Source of the DNA: Schaalia meyeri
Lineage (GTDB): Bacteria > Actinomycetota > Actinomycetes > Actinomycetales > Actinomycetaceae
Direction: 5' to 3'
DNA: 32,000 bases
Assembly (NCBI RefSeq): GCF_900105015.1
Contig: NZ_FNLK01000001.1
Span: forward strand, 1-32,000
Positions 25,024 through 32,000 of the stretch are shown here, piece by piece (within the stretch, counting starts at the first letter, position 1; each line of letters opens with the position of its first letter). Under the pieces are notes generated by a model. The model did no database searches. It worked only from the letters and a program-made list of their open reading frames with translations, and was not told the DNA's origin. Made by a program: the position numbers and the translations under genes.

Positions 25024-26120
25024 GCATGCAGTTGCGGAGCGCACACGAGTGCACGTTCGACGTAGTCTCCCTGGGCGAGGTCATGCTGCGGTTGGATCCC
25101 GACGAGGGACGGGTGCGCACCGCCCGCATGTTCCGCGCCTGCGAAGGGGGCGGGGAATACAATGTTGCGAGAGGCCTGCGTCGTTGCTTCGGTCTCAGGG
25201 GAGCGATCGTGACCTCGCTGGTCCGCGACGAGGTGGGGCGTCTGCTCGAGGACCTCATACTCACTTCCGGTCTGGATACCCGCTTCATTCAGTGGGTAGA
25301 TTCCGATGGCGTCGGACGCGCCGCGCGCAACGGTTTAAACTTCACCGAACGTGGGTTCGGCGTGCGCGGGGCGGTGGGAACCTCCGATCGCGGCCACACA
25401 GCCATATCGCAGATGGCCCCCACCGACGTCGATTGGGACCATTTGTTCGGACACCTGGGGGTCCGTTGGTTCCACACGGGAGGCATATTCGCAGCCCTTT
25501 CCCAGCGCTCGGCCGAAGTGGCGAAGACCGCGATGTCGGCCGCAAAGCGCCATGGGACGGTGGTTTCCTATGATTTGAACTACCGTCCGTCCCTCTGGAA
25601 GGGCATCGGTGGGATCCAAAAGGCGCGCGATGTCAATCGCGAACTGGCCCGTTACGTCGACGTGATGATCGGCAACGAGGAGGATTTCACCGCCTCGCTG
25701 GGTTTCGAAGTCGAGGGAGCGGACCAGAACCTCACAAACCTCCAGGTTGACTCCTTTGAACGAATGATCATGCGGGTGCAGCAGGAATACCCGAACTTTG
25801 AGGTCATCGCGACGACCCTCAGGCAGGTCCGCACGGCGACGACCAACGACTGGGGCGCCATCGCATGGTCCCGCACGGACGGTTTCGCCCGGGCGACGCA
25901 GCGCGATGGGCTGGAGATCTTGGACCGCGTTGGCGGGGGCGACTCCTTCGCATCCGGTCTGATCTATGGGCTCATGGCCACCAGCGACATTTCTCAGGCC
26001 GTTGAATACGGGGCCGCCCATGGTGCTCTCGCGATGACCACACCCGGCGACACCTCCATGGCATCGGTCGAAGAGGTCGAACACTTGATGCGCGGAGGAG
26101 GGGCGCGGGTGCGCCGCTGA
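25020..26120 (+). CDS. kdgK: 2-dehydro-3-deoxygluconokinase (PfkB family)
   Basis: Start trimmed to MSMQLRSAHECTFDVVSLGEVMLRLDP (ATGA overlap with the eda stop). PfkB motifs: GGGEYNVARGL near the N-terminus and DRVGGGDSFASGLIYG near the C-terminus. Confidence 0.88.
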   Translation: MSMQLRSAHECTFDVVSLGEVMLRLDPDEGRVRTARMFRACEGGGEYNVARGLRRCFGLRGAIVTSLVRDEVGRLLEDLILTSGLDTRFIQWVDSDGVGRAARNGLNFTERGFGVRGAVGTSDRGHTAISQMAPTDVDWDHLFGHLGVRWFHTGGIFAALSQRSAEVAKTAMSAAKRHGTVVSYDLNYRPSLWKGIGGIQKARDVNRELARYVDVMIGNEEDFTASLGFEVEGADQNLTNLQVDSFERMIMRVQQEYPNFEVIATTLRQVRTATTNDWGAIAWSRTDGFARATQRDGLEILDRVGGGDSFASGLIYGLMATSDISQAVEYGAAHGALAMTTPGDTSMASVEEVEHLMRGGGARVRR

Positions 26121-26122
26121 CA

Positions 26123-26172
26123 CCGGCGCCCGCCTGGGGGCCGTCGGGGGACGGGCCCCAGGCGGGCGCCGG
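26123..26172. terminator. Strong GC hairpin between convergent kdgK and the RpiB-like gene (bidirectional terminator candidate)
   Basis: CCGGCGCCCGCCTGGGG (26123-26139) pairs perfectly with CCCCAGGCGGGCGCCGG (26156-26172). An inner CCGTC/GACGG extension also pairs. There is no clear U-tract on either strand. Confidence 0.55.
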
Positions 26173-26181
26173 AGATGGGCG

Positions 26182-26745
26182 TCAGTAGGCCAGGCCCCTG
26201 GGCTCCTCAGCCAGCACTGCGCTGGCGGGATCCACGACCGTAAACCCGTTGGCCTTGTAGGCCTCGTAGTCAAAGTTCTCGCACTCGTCGTACCCGATGC
26301 GGTGGTATTCGTAGAAACCGTCCCAGGCCTCGTACCCGCTGCCGAGTGAGGATTCGAGGAAGGCGTCGGCCATGGCCATCGCGGTGCGCGGGGCGACGTA
26401 GAAGGAGCCCATGGCCAACAGGTTCGCGTTGTTGGCGGCTGCGCAGCGGCGGGCGGCCGGCACGGACTCGCAGACGGCGGCGTGCACGTGCGGGACCTTG
26501 GATGCGGCGATGTGGATGCCCATGCCGGTACCGCAGAACGCAAGGGCCCGCTCGAATTTGCCTTCGGCGATCTGGGCGCCCAGGGCGAAGCCGACCCGGT
26601 GGTACATGGGGGTGGTCGCCGGGTCGGGCGTCAGGTCCGTGACGGTCCATCCTCGCTCTTCGAGGTGAGCTTTGACGGCTTCCTTGAGCGGGTGTCCGGC
26701 GAAGTCGGCGCCGACGACGACGTGCTTGTCCTCAATTGTCAGCAT
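26182..26745 (-). CDS. RpiB/LacA/LacB-family sugar(-phosphate) isomerase with a ~40-aa C-terminal extension
   Basis: VVVGADFAGHPLKEAVKAHLEERG and CGTGMGIHIAASKVPHVHAA form the RpiB/LacAB core. At 187 aa it is longer than the usual ~145-150 aa, with an acidic/aromatic tail: GYEAWDGFYEYHRIGYDECENFDYEAYKANG. It has a 14-nt overlap with the upstream permease gene. Confidence 0.8.
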   Translation of the reverse strand: MLTIEDKHVVVGADFAGHPLKEAVKAHLEERGWTVTDLTPDPATTPMYHRVGFALGAQIAEGKFERALAFCGTGMGIHIAASKVPHVHAAVCESVPAARRCAAANNANLLAMGSFYVAPRTAMAMADAFLESSLGSGYEAWDGFYEYHRIGYDECENFDYEAYKANGFTVVDPASAVLAEEPRGLAY

Positions 26746-27778
26746 GTGCTCGTCCTTTCAAGAGGTGTCGCAGTTTCGTCCAGGAGAAGAGCCCTTCGTT
26801 CATGCAAATCACGAGCAAAAGGACACCTCCCCAGATCAGGGGTCGATAGAAGTTGGAGATGGCCGGGAACATGTTCAGACCGGAGGAGAGGACCTGAAGC
26901 ATGAGGATGGAGAGCAGGACGCCGCTGAGCCTGCCGGAGCCGCCGTTGGGGTTGACGCCTCCGAGGACGACGATCAACACGGTGAGCAGCGTGTAGGAGG
27001 CACCGTAGTCGGCTTTCGCCGAATTGTAGTTCGCCAGCATGACGATGCCAGCCATGGCCGCCATGACGCCGGAGAGCACGTAGGTGCGGATCAGCAGGTT
27101 GTTGACCTTCAGGCCCGAGAAACGCGCCGCGGTGTCGTTGGTGCCCAGCATGAGGATGGTCGTGCCGAACCCGGTGAACGCGACGATGAATCCGGCCACC
27201 AGCGCGCACACCAGGAACACCAGGAGCGGGACGGGGACGATCCCAGCCACCCGCGCGGAGAAGACGGCGCCGAACGCCGGGGGCACCCCGGAGACGGGTT
27301 TGCCCTGGGTCAGGATCAGGGCGACGCCTCCAAAGAGTTCGAGGGTACCGAGGGTGGCGAGGATGGGCGGGATCTTCAAGACTGCGACGAGGAGGCCGTT
27401 GATGAGCCCGCAGAGGATGCCGACCCCCAGGGCGACGCCCAGGGCGATGAGCGCGGCAAGCATCATGGACGAGGGGGTGACGGCGCTTGCCAGGGTGGCG
27501 CGCAACGTGAGGGCCGCGCATATGGAGGTGACGTTCGCGATGGCGACGACGGACAGGTCGATGCCGGCGGTGAACATGGTGAACATGACACCCAGGCTCA
27601 TGAGGCCGAATTCGGGGAATTGGACCGCCATCGATTGCCAGGTGCGCACGGCGAAAAAGGGTCCGGGCCGCACGGCCGCGAAGAAGATGAGCAGGAGGAT
27701 AAAGACGATGACAAGGCGCGTCATGTAGCTGTCCTTTTTCAGGAAAGCGAGACGCGGAGAGGTGATGAGCGTTGACAT
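26732..27778 (-). CDS. CUT2 sugar ABC transporter permease (RbsC/LsrD/RhaQ-like), second permease
   Basis: 348 aa polytopic protein. ATG at 27778 is preceded by AGGAGGAAC. It has an RbsC-like pattern of hydrophobic segments. Confidence 0.88.
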   Translation of the reverse strand: MSTLITSPRLAFLKKDSYMTRLVIVFILLLIFFAAVRPGPFFAVRTWQSMAVQFPEFGLMSLGVMFTMFTAGIDLSVVAIANVTSICAALTLRATLASAVTPSSMMLAALIALGVALGVGILCGLINGLLVAVLKIPPILATLGTLELFGGVALILTQGKPVSGVPPAFGAVFSARVAGIVPVPLLVFLVCALVAGFIVAFTGFGTTILMLGTNDTAARFSGLKVNNLLIRTYVLSGVMAAMAGIVMLANYNSAKADYGASYTLLTVLIVVLGGVNPNGGSGRLSGVLLSILMLQVLSSGLNMFPAISNFYRPLIWGGVLLLVICMNEGLFSWTKLRHLLKGRAHADN

Positions 27779-27787
27779 GTGTTCCTC

Positions 27788-28789
27788 CTAGTGTCCGGCT
27801 CGGCGGGCGCGCATGACCTGGAGCGCGGAGACACCGGTTCCGACGATGATGAGCAGGCCCAGGGCAAAGCCCTGCCAGAATGTCGGGATCCCCATGAGGA
27901 TCATGGAGTTTTGAACGATGACGATGAGCAGCGTGCCCAGCATGACGCCGGTCAGCGTACCCTTTCCGCCGGTGATGGCGGTGCCGCCCAGGACGACGGC
28001 GGCGATGACCATCATTTCCATGCCCAGCAGGTTGGTGGGGTGCATTTGCCCCATGGAGCAGGTGCGGACCATGCCGGCCAGGGCGGCGATGATGCCGACC
28101 AGGACGTAGAGCCAGAACTTGGTGGCCCGGACCTTGAAGCCGACGCGCGCGGCCGCGCTCTCGTCGCCGCCGATGGCGAAGAGGGAACGCCCGAACATGG
28201 TGTATCGGGTGACGAAGAACGCGACAGCGAGGACCCCAACCAAGATCAGGAAGGACACGGGCATGGCCGATTGCAACCCGGAGTTTTCGTTGCGGGCGAC
28301 AAACAGGGACGCGGACCCGAAGGCCTGCATGGACTGCGGGATCGTATTGATCTGGACGGACTTCAGTGCCCCCTGCATGACACCGTTAAAGACGTTGGCC
28401 GTGCCCAGCGTGATGATCAGCGTGGGGACCGTGAGCCTGGAGGTGAAGATTCCGTTGAAAGCGCCCAAGATCGCGCCGAAGGCGGCGGCGATCAGGAAGG
28501 GGATGATGACGGGGCCGTTCCACCCGTGGTCAACCAGGATCTTGGTGGTCACGTAGACCGCCAGGGAGGCCAGCGCGGGGAAGGACACGTCAATGCCGCC
28601 GGAGACCAGGACGAGGTGCGCGGCGATGGCGAACAGGCCGGGGACGACCATCGCCCCTGCCAGGTCGACCATGTTGTTGACGGTGTAGAACTGTCCGGAA
28701 CGCGCCTGGATGACGAGCGTGAGCGCGGCGATGACCAGGAAGACCCAGAATTCGTTGGCTCGCAGCAGTTTCGTGATTGTTCGGGGCAT
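27788..28789 (-). CDS. CUT2 sugar ABC transporter permease (RbsC/LsrC/RhaP-like), first permease
   Basis: 333 aa polytopic protein. Its start overlaps the ATPase stop as TAATG at 28789. Confidence 0.88.
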   Translation of the reverse strand: MPRTITKLLRANEFWVFLVIAALTLVIQARSGQFYTVNNMVDLAGAMVVPGLFAIAAHLVLVSGGIDVSFPALASLAVYVTTKILVDHGWNGPVIIPFLIAAAFGAILGAFNGIFTSRLTVPTLIITLGTANVFNGVMQGALKSVQINTIPQSMQAFGSASLFVARNENSGLQSAMPVSFLILVGVLAVAFFVTRYTMFGRSLFAIGGDESAAARVGFKVRATKFWLYVLVGIIAALAGMVRTCSMGQMHPTNLLGMEMMVIAAVVLGGTAITGGKGTLTGVMLGTLLIVIVQNSMILMGIPTFWQGFALGLLIIVGTGVSALQVMRARRAGH

Positions 28790-30354
28790 TAGTCCTCTCC
28801 CCTCTCGCTTGCGGCGGTCGGCCTCGGCTGCGCCTTGGTGTCGTCCCTCGACCCGGCCGGTGAGCCCTCTTCGGACAGCAGCCGGGTCAGCTCCGCCTCG
28901 GTGAGGGAATCGGGATTGATCGCCTCGCTGAGTTCTCCGGCGCGCATGATGGCGATCGTCGAGCAGTTGGTGAGTACCTCGGCGATGTCGTCGGAGATTA
29001 TGACGATCGCCATGCCCTGCCCCGCGAGTTCCCGCAGGATGGAATGGATCGTGTATTTACTTCCGATGTCGACACCGACCGTGGGGCCGTTGAGGATGAG
29101 GACGGAGGGGCTGATGGCGAGCCACTTGGCCAGGACGACCTTCTGCTGATTGCCGCCCGACAATGTGTTGACGGCGCCCGCGGGGTCGGGGGTAACGACG
29201 CCAAGCCGCTCGACCCACTTCTTTTCTTCTGCCCGTATTGCTACCTTGTCGACGAAGCCCAGGGCACGCGTGAAGGCATCTATCTCGGAGATCGTGATGT
29301 TTTCACCGATGGACCGGGAAAGGAAGAGCCCTTCGGTCAGCCGGTCCTCGGGAACGTAGGCAATGCCGGCGTCGATGGCGTCGCGCACGCCCCGCAGGGT
29401 GACATCCTTACCTTTGACGGTGATGCGCCCGGAGTCGAGGGGGATCATTCCAAAGAGGGACATGGCCAATTCGGTGCGACCGGATCCCAGCAGGCCCGTG
29501 ATTCCCAGGATTTCGCCGGGGCGGACGGTGAGGGAAGCGTCGGTGAAGGCGCCGCCCACGGTGGCTCCGCGAACCTGGAGGATCGGCTCCTGGTCAATGT
29601 AGCCTCTCCGGTAGCGTTCATCGTCGAAGTCGCGCCCTGTCATGTGGCGGGCGAAGCTGGCACGGTCGAGGTCTTCCTTGGGGCAGGTGATGACCCTGTG
29701 TCCGCTGCGCAGGATCGTGAAGCGCTCGGCGATCTCGAAAACCTCCTCAAGCTTGTGGGACACGAAGAGGATCGCGATCCCCCGCGAGCGCAGATCCAGG
29801 ATGATGTCGAAGAGGGCGCGCACCTCCTTTTTGGTGAGCGCGGTCGTGGGTTCGTCCATGATGATGAGCTTCGCGTCTCCCATGAGTGCGCGGCTGATGG
29901 CGACCAGCTGCTTGTCGGCGACGGAGAGGTTGCCGACGAGCTCGTCAAGGTCGACGCTGAAGCCGATCTTGGCCACGGCCTCGCGCGCGATATCGCGCAT
30001 GTGCGAGCGGTTGACCAGTCGGGAACCTGCGGCGACTTCGCTGCCGAGCGCGATGTTTTCCATGACGGAAAGGTTGGGGAAGATGGAGAAATCCTGGTAG
30101 ATGACGCGCACTCCGGCGTCGATCGCGTCGGCGGGGGTCAGGCGCGCGTACTCGCGTCCCGCGATGGCGACCGTCCCCTCCTCCGGGGTGTGGACGCCGG
30201 AGATGACTTTGATGAGGGTGGATTTGCCCGAACCGTTTTCTCCGGCCAGGCAGTGGATTTCTCCGGGCGCGATCTCCAGGTCGATGTCGACCAGGGCTCG
30301 TACGCCCGCGAAGGATTTACTGACGTGTCGCACCGCCAGCACTGGGGTGTCCAT
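28789..30354 (-). CDS. CUT2 sugar ABC transporter ATP-binding protein (two NBDs)
   Basis: Walker [19 protein letters not shown] signature, and Walker B IMDEPT / ILNGPT. It has an unusual charged C-terminal tail: SEEGSPAGSRDDTKAQPRPTAASERGED. Confidence 0.92.
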   Translation of the reverse strand: MDTPVLAVRHVSKSFAGVRALVDIDLEIAPGEIHCLAGENGSGKSTLIKVISGVHTPEEGTVAIAGREYARLTPADAIDAGVRVIYQDFSIFPNLSVMENIALGSEVAAGSRLVNRSHMRDIAREAVAKIGFSVDLDELVGNLSVADKQLVAISRALMGDAKLIIMDEPTTALTKKEVRALFDIILDLRSRGIAILFVSHKLEEVFEIAERFTILRSGHRVITCPKEDLDRASFARHMTGRDFDDERYRRGYIDQEPILQVRGATVGGAFTDASLTVRPGEILGITGLLGSGRTELAMSLFGMIPLDSGRITVKGKDVTLRGVRDAIDAGIAYVPEDRLTEGLFLSRSIGENITISEIDAFTRALGFVDKVAIRAEEKKWVERLGVVTPDPAGAVNTLSGGNQQKVVLAKWLAISPSVLILNGPTVGVDIGSKYTIHSILRELAGQGMAIVIISDDIAEVLTNCSTIAIMRAGELSEAINPDSLTEAELTRLLSEEGSPAGSRDDTKAQPRPTAASERGED

Positions 30355-30418
30355 GTGGGGTCCTTTTCTTGCTTGCCACCGTTCGGGGCTGCCGGCCGCC
30401 TGCGGTGGTGTCGGGGTT

Positions 30419-30462
30419 ACCCGGCCATGGCCTCGTTCGTGGTGACGAGGCCATGGCCGGGT
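30419..30462 (-). other. Intercistronic 17-18 bp perfect stem-loop between the SBP and ATPase genes
   Basis: CCCGGCCATGGCCTCGT (30420-30436), loop TCGTGGTG, ACGAGGCCATGGCCGGG (30445-30461). It lies within the 128-nt gap between the SBP stop and the ATPase start. Confidence 0.6.
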
Positions 30463-30482
30463 GGCTGTCGGCTGGATTGTGG

Positions 30483-31526
30483 TCAGAAACCGAAGGAGTC
30501 AACGTTGTCCTTGGTGATCTGGATCCATCCGTTCCCTTCGAGAACCTTGGTGGATCCCGGTGAGAAGTGCATGTTCTCGTATCCCTTGACGCCCAGGTTG
30601 ACGCCGTCGGAAATATTTTCACCGTCGAGGATCTTGGTGGCCAGGGACGCCATCGCGTAGCCGGCGTCCGCGGGGTCCCACAGGGTCAGCGAGGCGACCG
30701 ATCCGTCCTGGAGGATCTGCCTGTTAGCGTTGGGCAGGCCGGTCCCGGCTGTGAAGACCTTGCCCTTGAGGCCCAGTTCGTCGATGGCGCGGGCGGTGCC
30801 GGGCGCATCAAAGGAGGAGGTGCCCAGGATACCCTTGACCTCGGGGTACTTCTTGAGGACTTCCTTGGCGGTCTGGTAGGCGGTCTCCGCGTTGTCCTGG
30901 GATTCGACGCGGGGCTCGGCCTCCAGCAGCGTCATCTTCGGGTACTTTTCCTTCTGGTGGGCGACCGCGCCGTCGGCCCACTCGTTGTGGGACGCGTTGG
31001 TGACGTGGCCGACCATGGTGGTGTAGACGCCTTCCTCGCCCATGGCCTGGGCCAGGTTATCCATGATGAACGCGCCGTATTCGCTGTTGTTAAAGGCCTC
31101 AATGTCGTACATGGTGTTCTGCTGGGAAGCGCCCTCGTGGGTGACCACCGTGATGCCCGCGTCCATGGCCTGCTTGAGGACGGGTTCGATGGCGCCCGGG
31201 TCAACCGGGACCACACAGATAGCGTCAACCCCCTGGGCGATGAGGTCCTGGATGACCTGCGCCTGCATGGTGGCGTCTGTTTCGGCGGGGCCCTTCTGGA
31301 ATACGTTCATGCCGGTGTCGGCCGCGTACTTTTTCACGCCGGTTTCCATGCGGACGAACCAGGGGTTGGTGGCGTCCTTGGGGACGACGGCGATCGTGTG
31401 GTTGCCGCCGCGTCCCCCGGACCGGTTGGTCGAGGATTGGGAGGCGTCCCCTCCCGTGCACGCGCCGAGGGTGAGGGCGAACGCAGATGCGGTGACGAGC
31501 GCGGTTGCTGCGAGATTGGGCTTCAT
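30483..31526 (-). CDS. Periplasmic-binding-protein type I sugar-binding lipoprotein (RbsB/LsrB/RhaS-like) of the second CUT2 system
   Basis: Start trimmed to MKPNLAATALVTASAFALTLGAC (ATG 31526, GAGGAG RBS, lipobox L-G-A-C). Also present: IAVVPKDATNPWF...QDLIAQGVDAICVVPVDPGA...AGITVVTHEG. Confidence 0.88.
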   Translation of the reverse strand: MKPNLAATALVTASAFALTLGACTGGDASQSSTNRSGGRGGNHTIAVVPKDATNPWFVRMETGVKKYAADTGMNVFQKGPAETDATMQAQVIQDLIAQGVDAICVVPVDPGAIEPVLKQAMDAGITVVTHEGASQQNTMYDIEAFNNSEYGAFIMDNLAQAMGEEGVYTTMVGHVTNASHNEWADGAVAHQKEKYPKMTLLEAEPRVESQDNAETAYQTAKEVLKKYPEVKGILGTSSFDAPGTARAIDELGLKGKVFTAGTGLPNANRQILQDGSVASLTLWDPADAGYAMASLATKILDGENISDGVNLGVKGYENMHFSPGSTKVLEGNGWIQITKDNVDSFGF

Positions 31527-31858
31527 TGAAGACTCCTCTGGGTATTTCAACGTCTGTGTTGTGGTTGTTGAGCAGCTGCGTCGCTGCGTTGCAACGTTGC
31601 TCCGTCGCGGCTCTGCTGCGATATTGTGTGCCGGGCACTCCCCGTCCTTGGGGGCGCGGCGGCGTGCCACCATCCTACGCCATAGGCTTGTCGTCTCTTG
31701 CCATATGGACGAAATTGGTCCGGATTGCTACCGAACGAACAGTTGTTAACAAAGCATACAGGTTTATCGAAGTGACTTCAAACTATTGGGACATGAATGG
31801 TCTGAGGAGAAAGGGTCGACGCGACACACTCCTGCGGACTACCACATATAAATACGAT

Positions 31859-31890
31859 GGCTGGAGGCGAACTCTCATTCACCTCCAGCC
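31859..31890 (-). terminator. Candidate terminator of the truncated right-edge gene
   Basis: GGCTGGAGG (31859-31867) and CCTCCAGCC (31882-31890) form a 9-bp stem. On the minus strand it is followed by the T-rich ATCGTATTTATAT. Confidence 0.35.
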
Positions 31891-31916
31891 TCGGGTATGG
31901 TCACAACGAAGCGGCC

Positions 31917-32000
31917 TCAGAGGTTTTCCACGACGGCCGCCCGAGGCCCCCTCTCTCCAGTGGCGGCATCTCGCCAGGCCTCAAGGGCGCGCAGGAAGGC
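31917..32000 (-). CDS. 3' end of an unidentified minus-strand gene running off the window
   Basis: Hand translation of the minus strand gives ...AFLRALEAWRDAATGERGPRAAVVENL* with the stop at 31917-31919. Only 27 codons are visible and no family call is possible. Confidence 0.3.
   Translation of the reverse strand, partial: AFLRALEAWRDAATGERGPRAAVVENL

Noticed and set aside
25335-31529. Long opposite-strand ORFs over kdgK and the second ABC operon (25335..26543, 26672..27775, 27779..28792, 29044..30660, 30567..31529)
   Set aside because: All are antisense to genes with clear family motifs, have low-complexity G/D/R/H-rich compositions and lack RBSs. They are GC-driven shadow ORFs.

Overview
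High-GC, almost fully coding chromosomal window that looks actinobacterial: short class-I xylose isomerase, GTG starts, lipoprotein-type solute-binding proteins. I saw no rRNA, tRNA, CRISPR array or transposase. About 28 kb is ordinary carbohydrate catabolism. (i) A divergent ROK repressor with xylA-xylB. (ii) A ChvE/MmsA/MmsB-type CUT2 monosaccharide ABC operon with a second, divergent ROK regulator. (iii) A YheO-like regulator, PatB/MalY C-S lyase and NhaC-family transporter operon behind a 43-bp perfect AT-rich palindrome. (iv) An aldonate/hexuronate-to-KDG locus: MHS-type MFS, Zn-ADH, uxuA and uxuB, divergent from an IclR regulator, eda and kdgK. (v) A second CUT2 ABC operon (SBP, ATPase, two permeases) ending in an extended RpiB/LacAB-like isomerase. 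The unusual part is the left ~3.8 kb, which is visibly more AT-rich. It holds an ORF open to the window edge that ends in a glycine-zipper membrane domain. Its stop is coupled to a 280-aa polytopic membrane protein. That unit is tandemly duplicated with an exact 974-bp period, leaving an orphan copy of the upstream gene's last 17 codons between the two paralogs. A 49-aa single-TM mini-ORF carries the same C-terminal tail motif. A 48-bp direct repeat of that tail brackets an NmrA-like gene. I read this as a polymorphic toxin / tandem-immunity style cassette, analogous in architecture to TspA/TsaI, built from families I cannot name. That reading is inference from sequence only. Many long antisense ORFs in the track are GC-driven shadow ORFs and were rejected.
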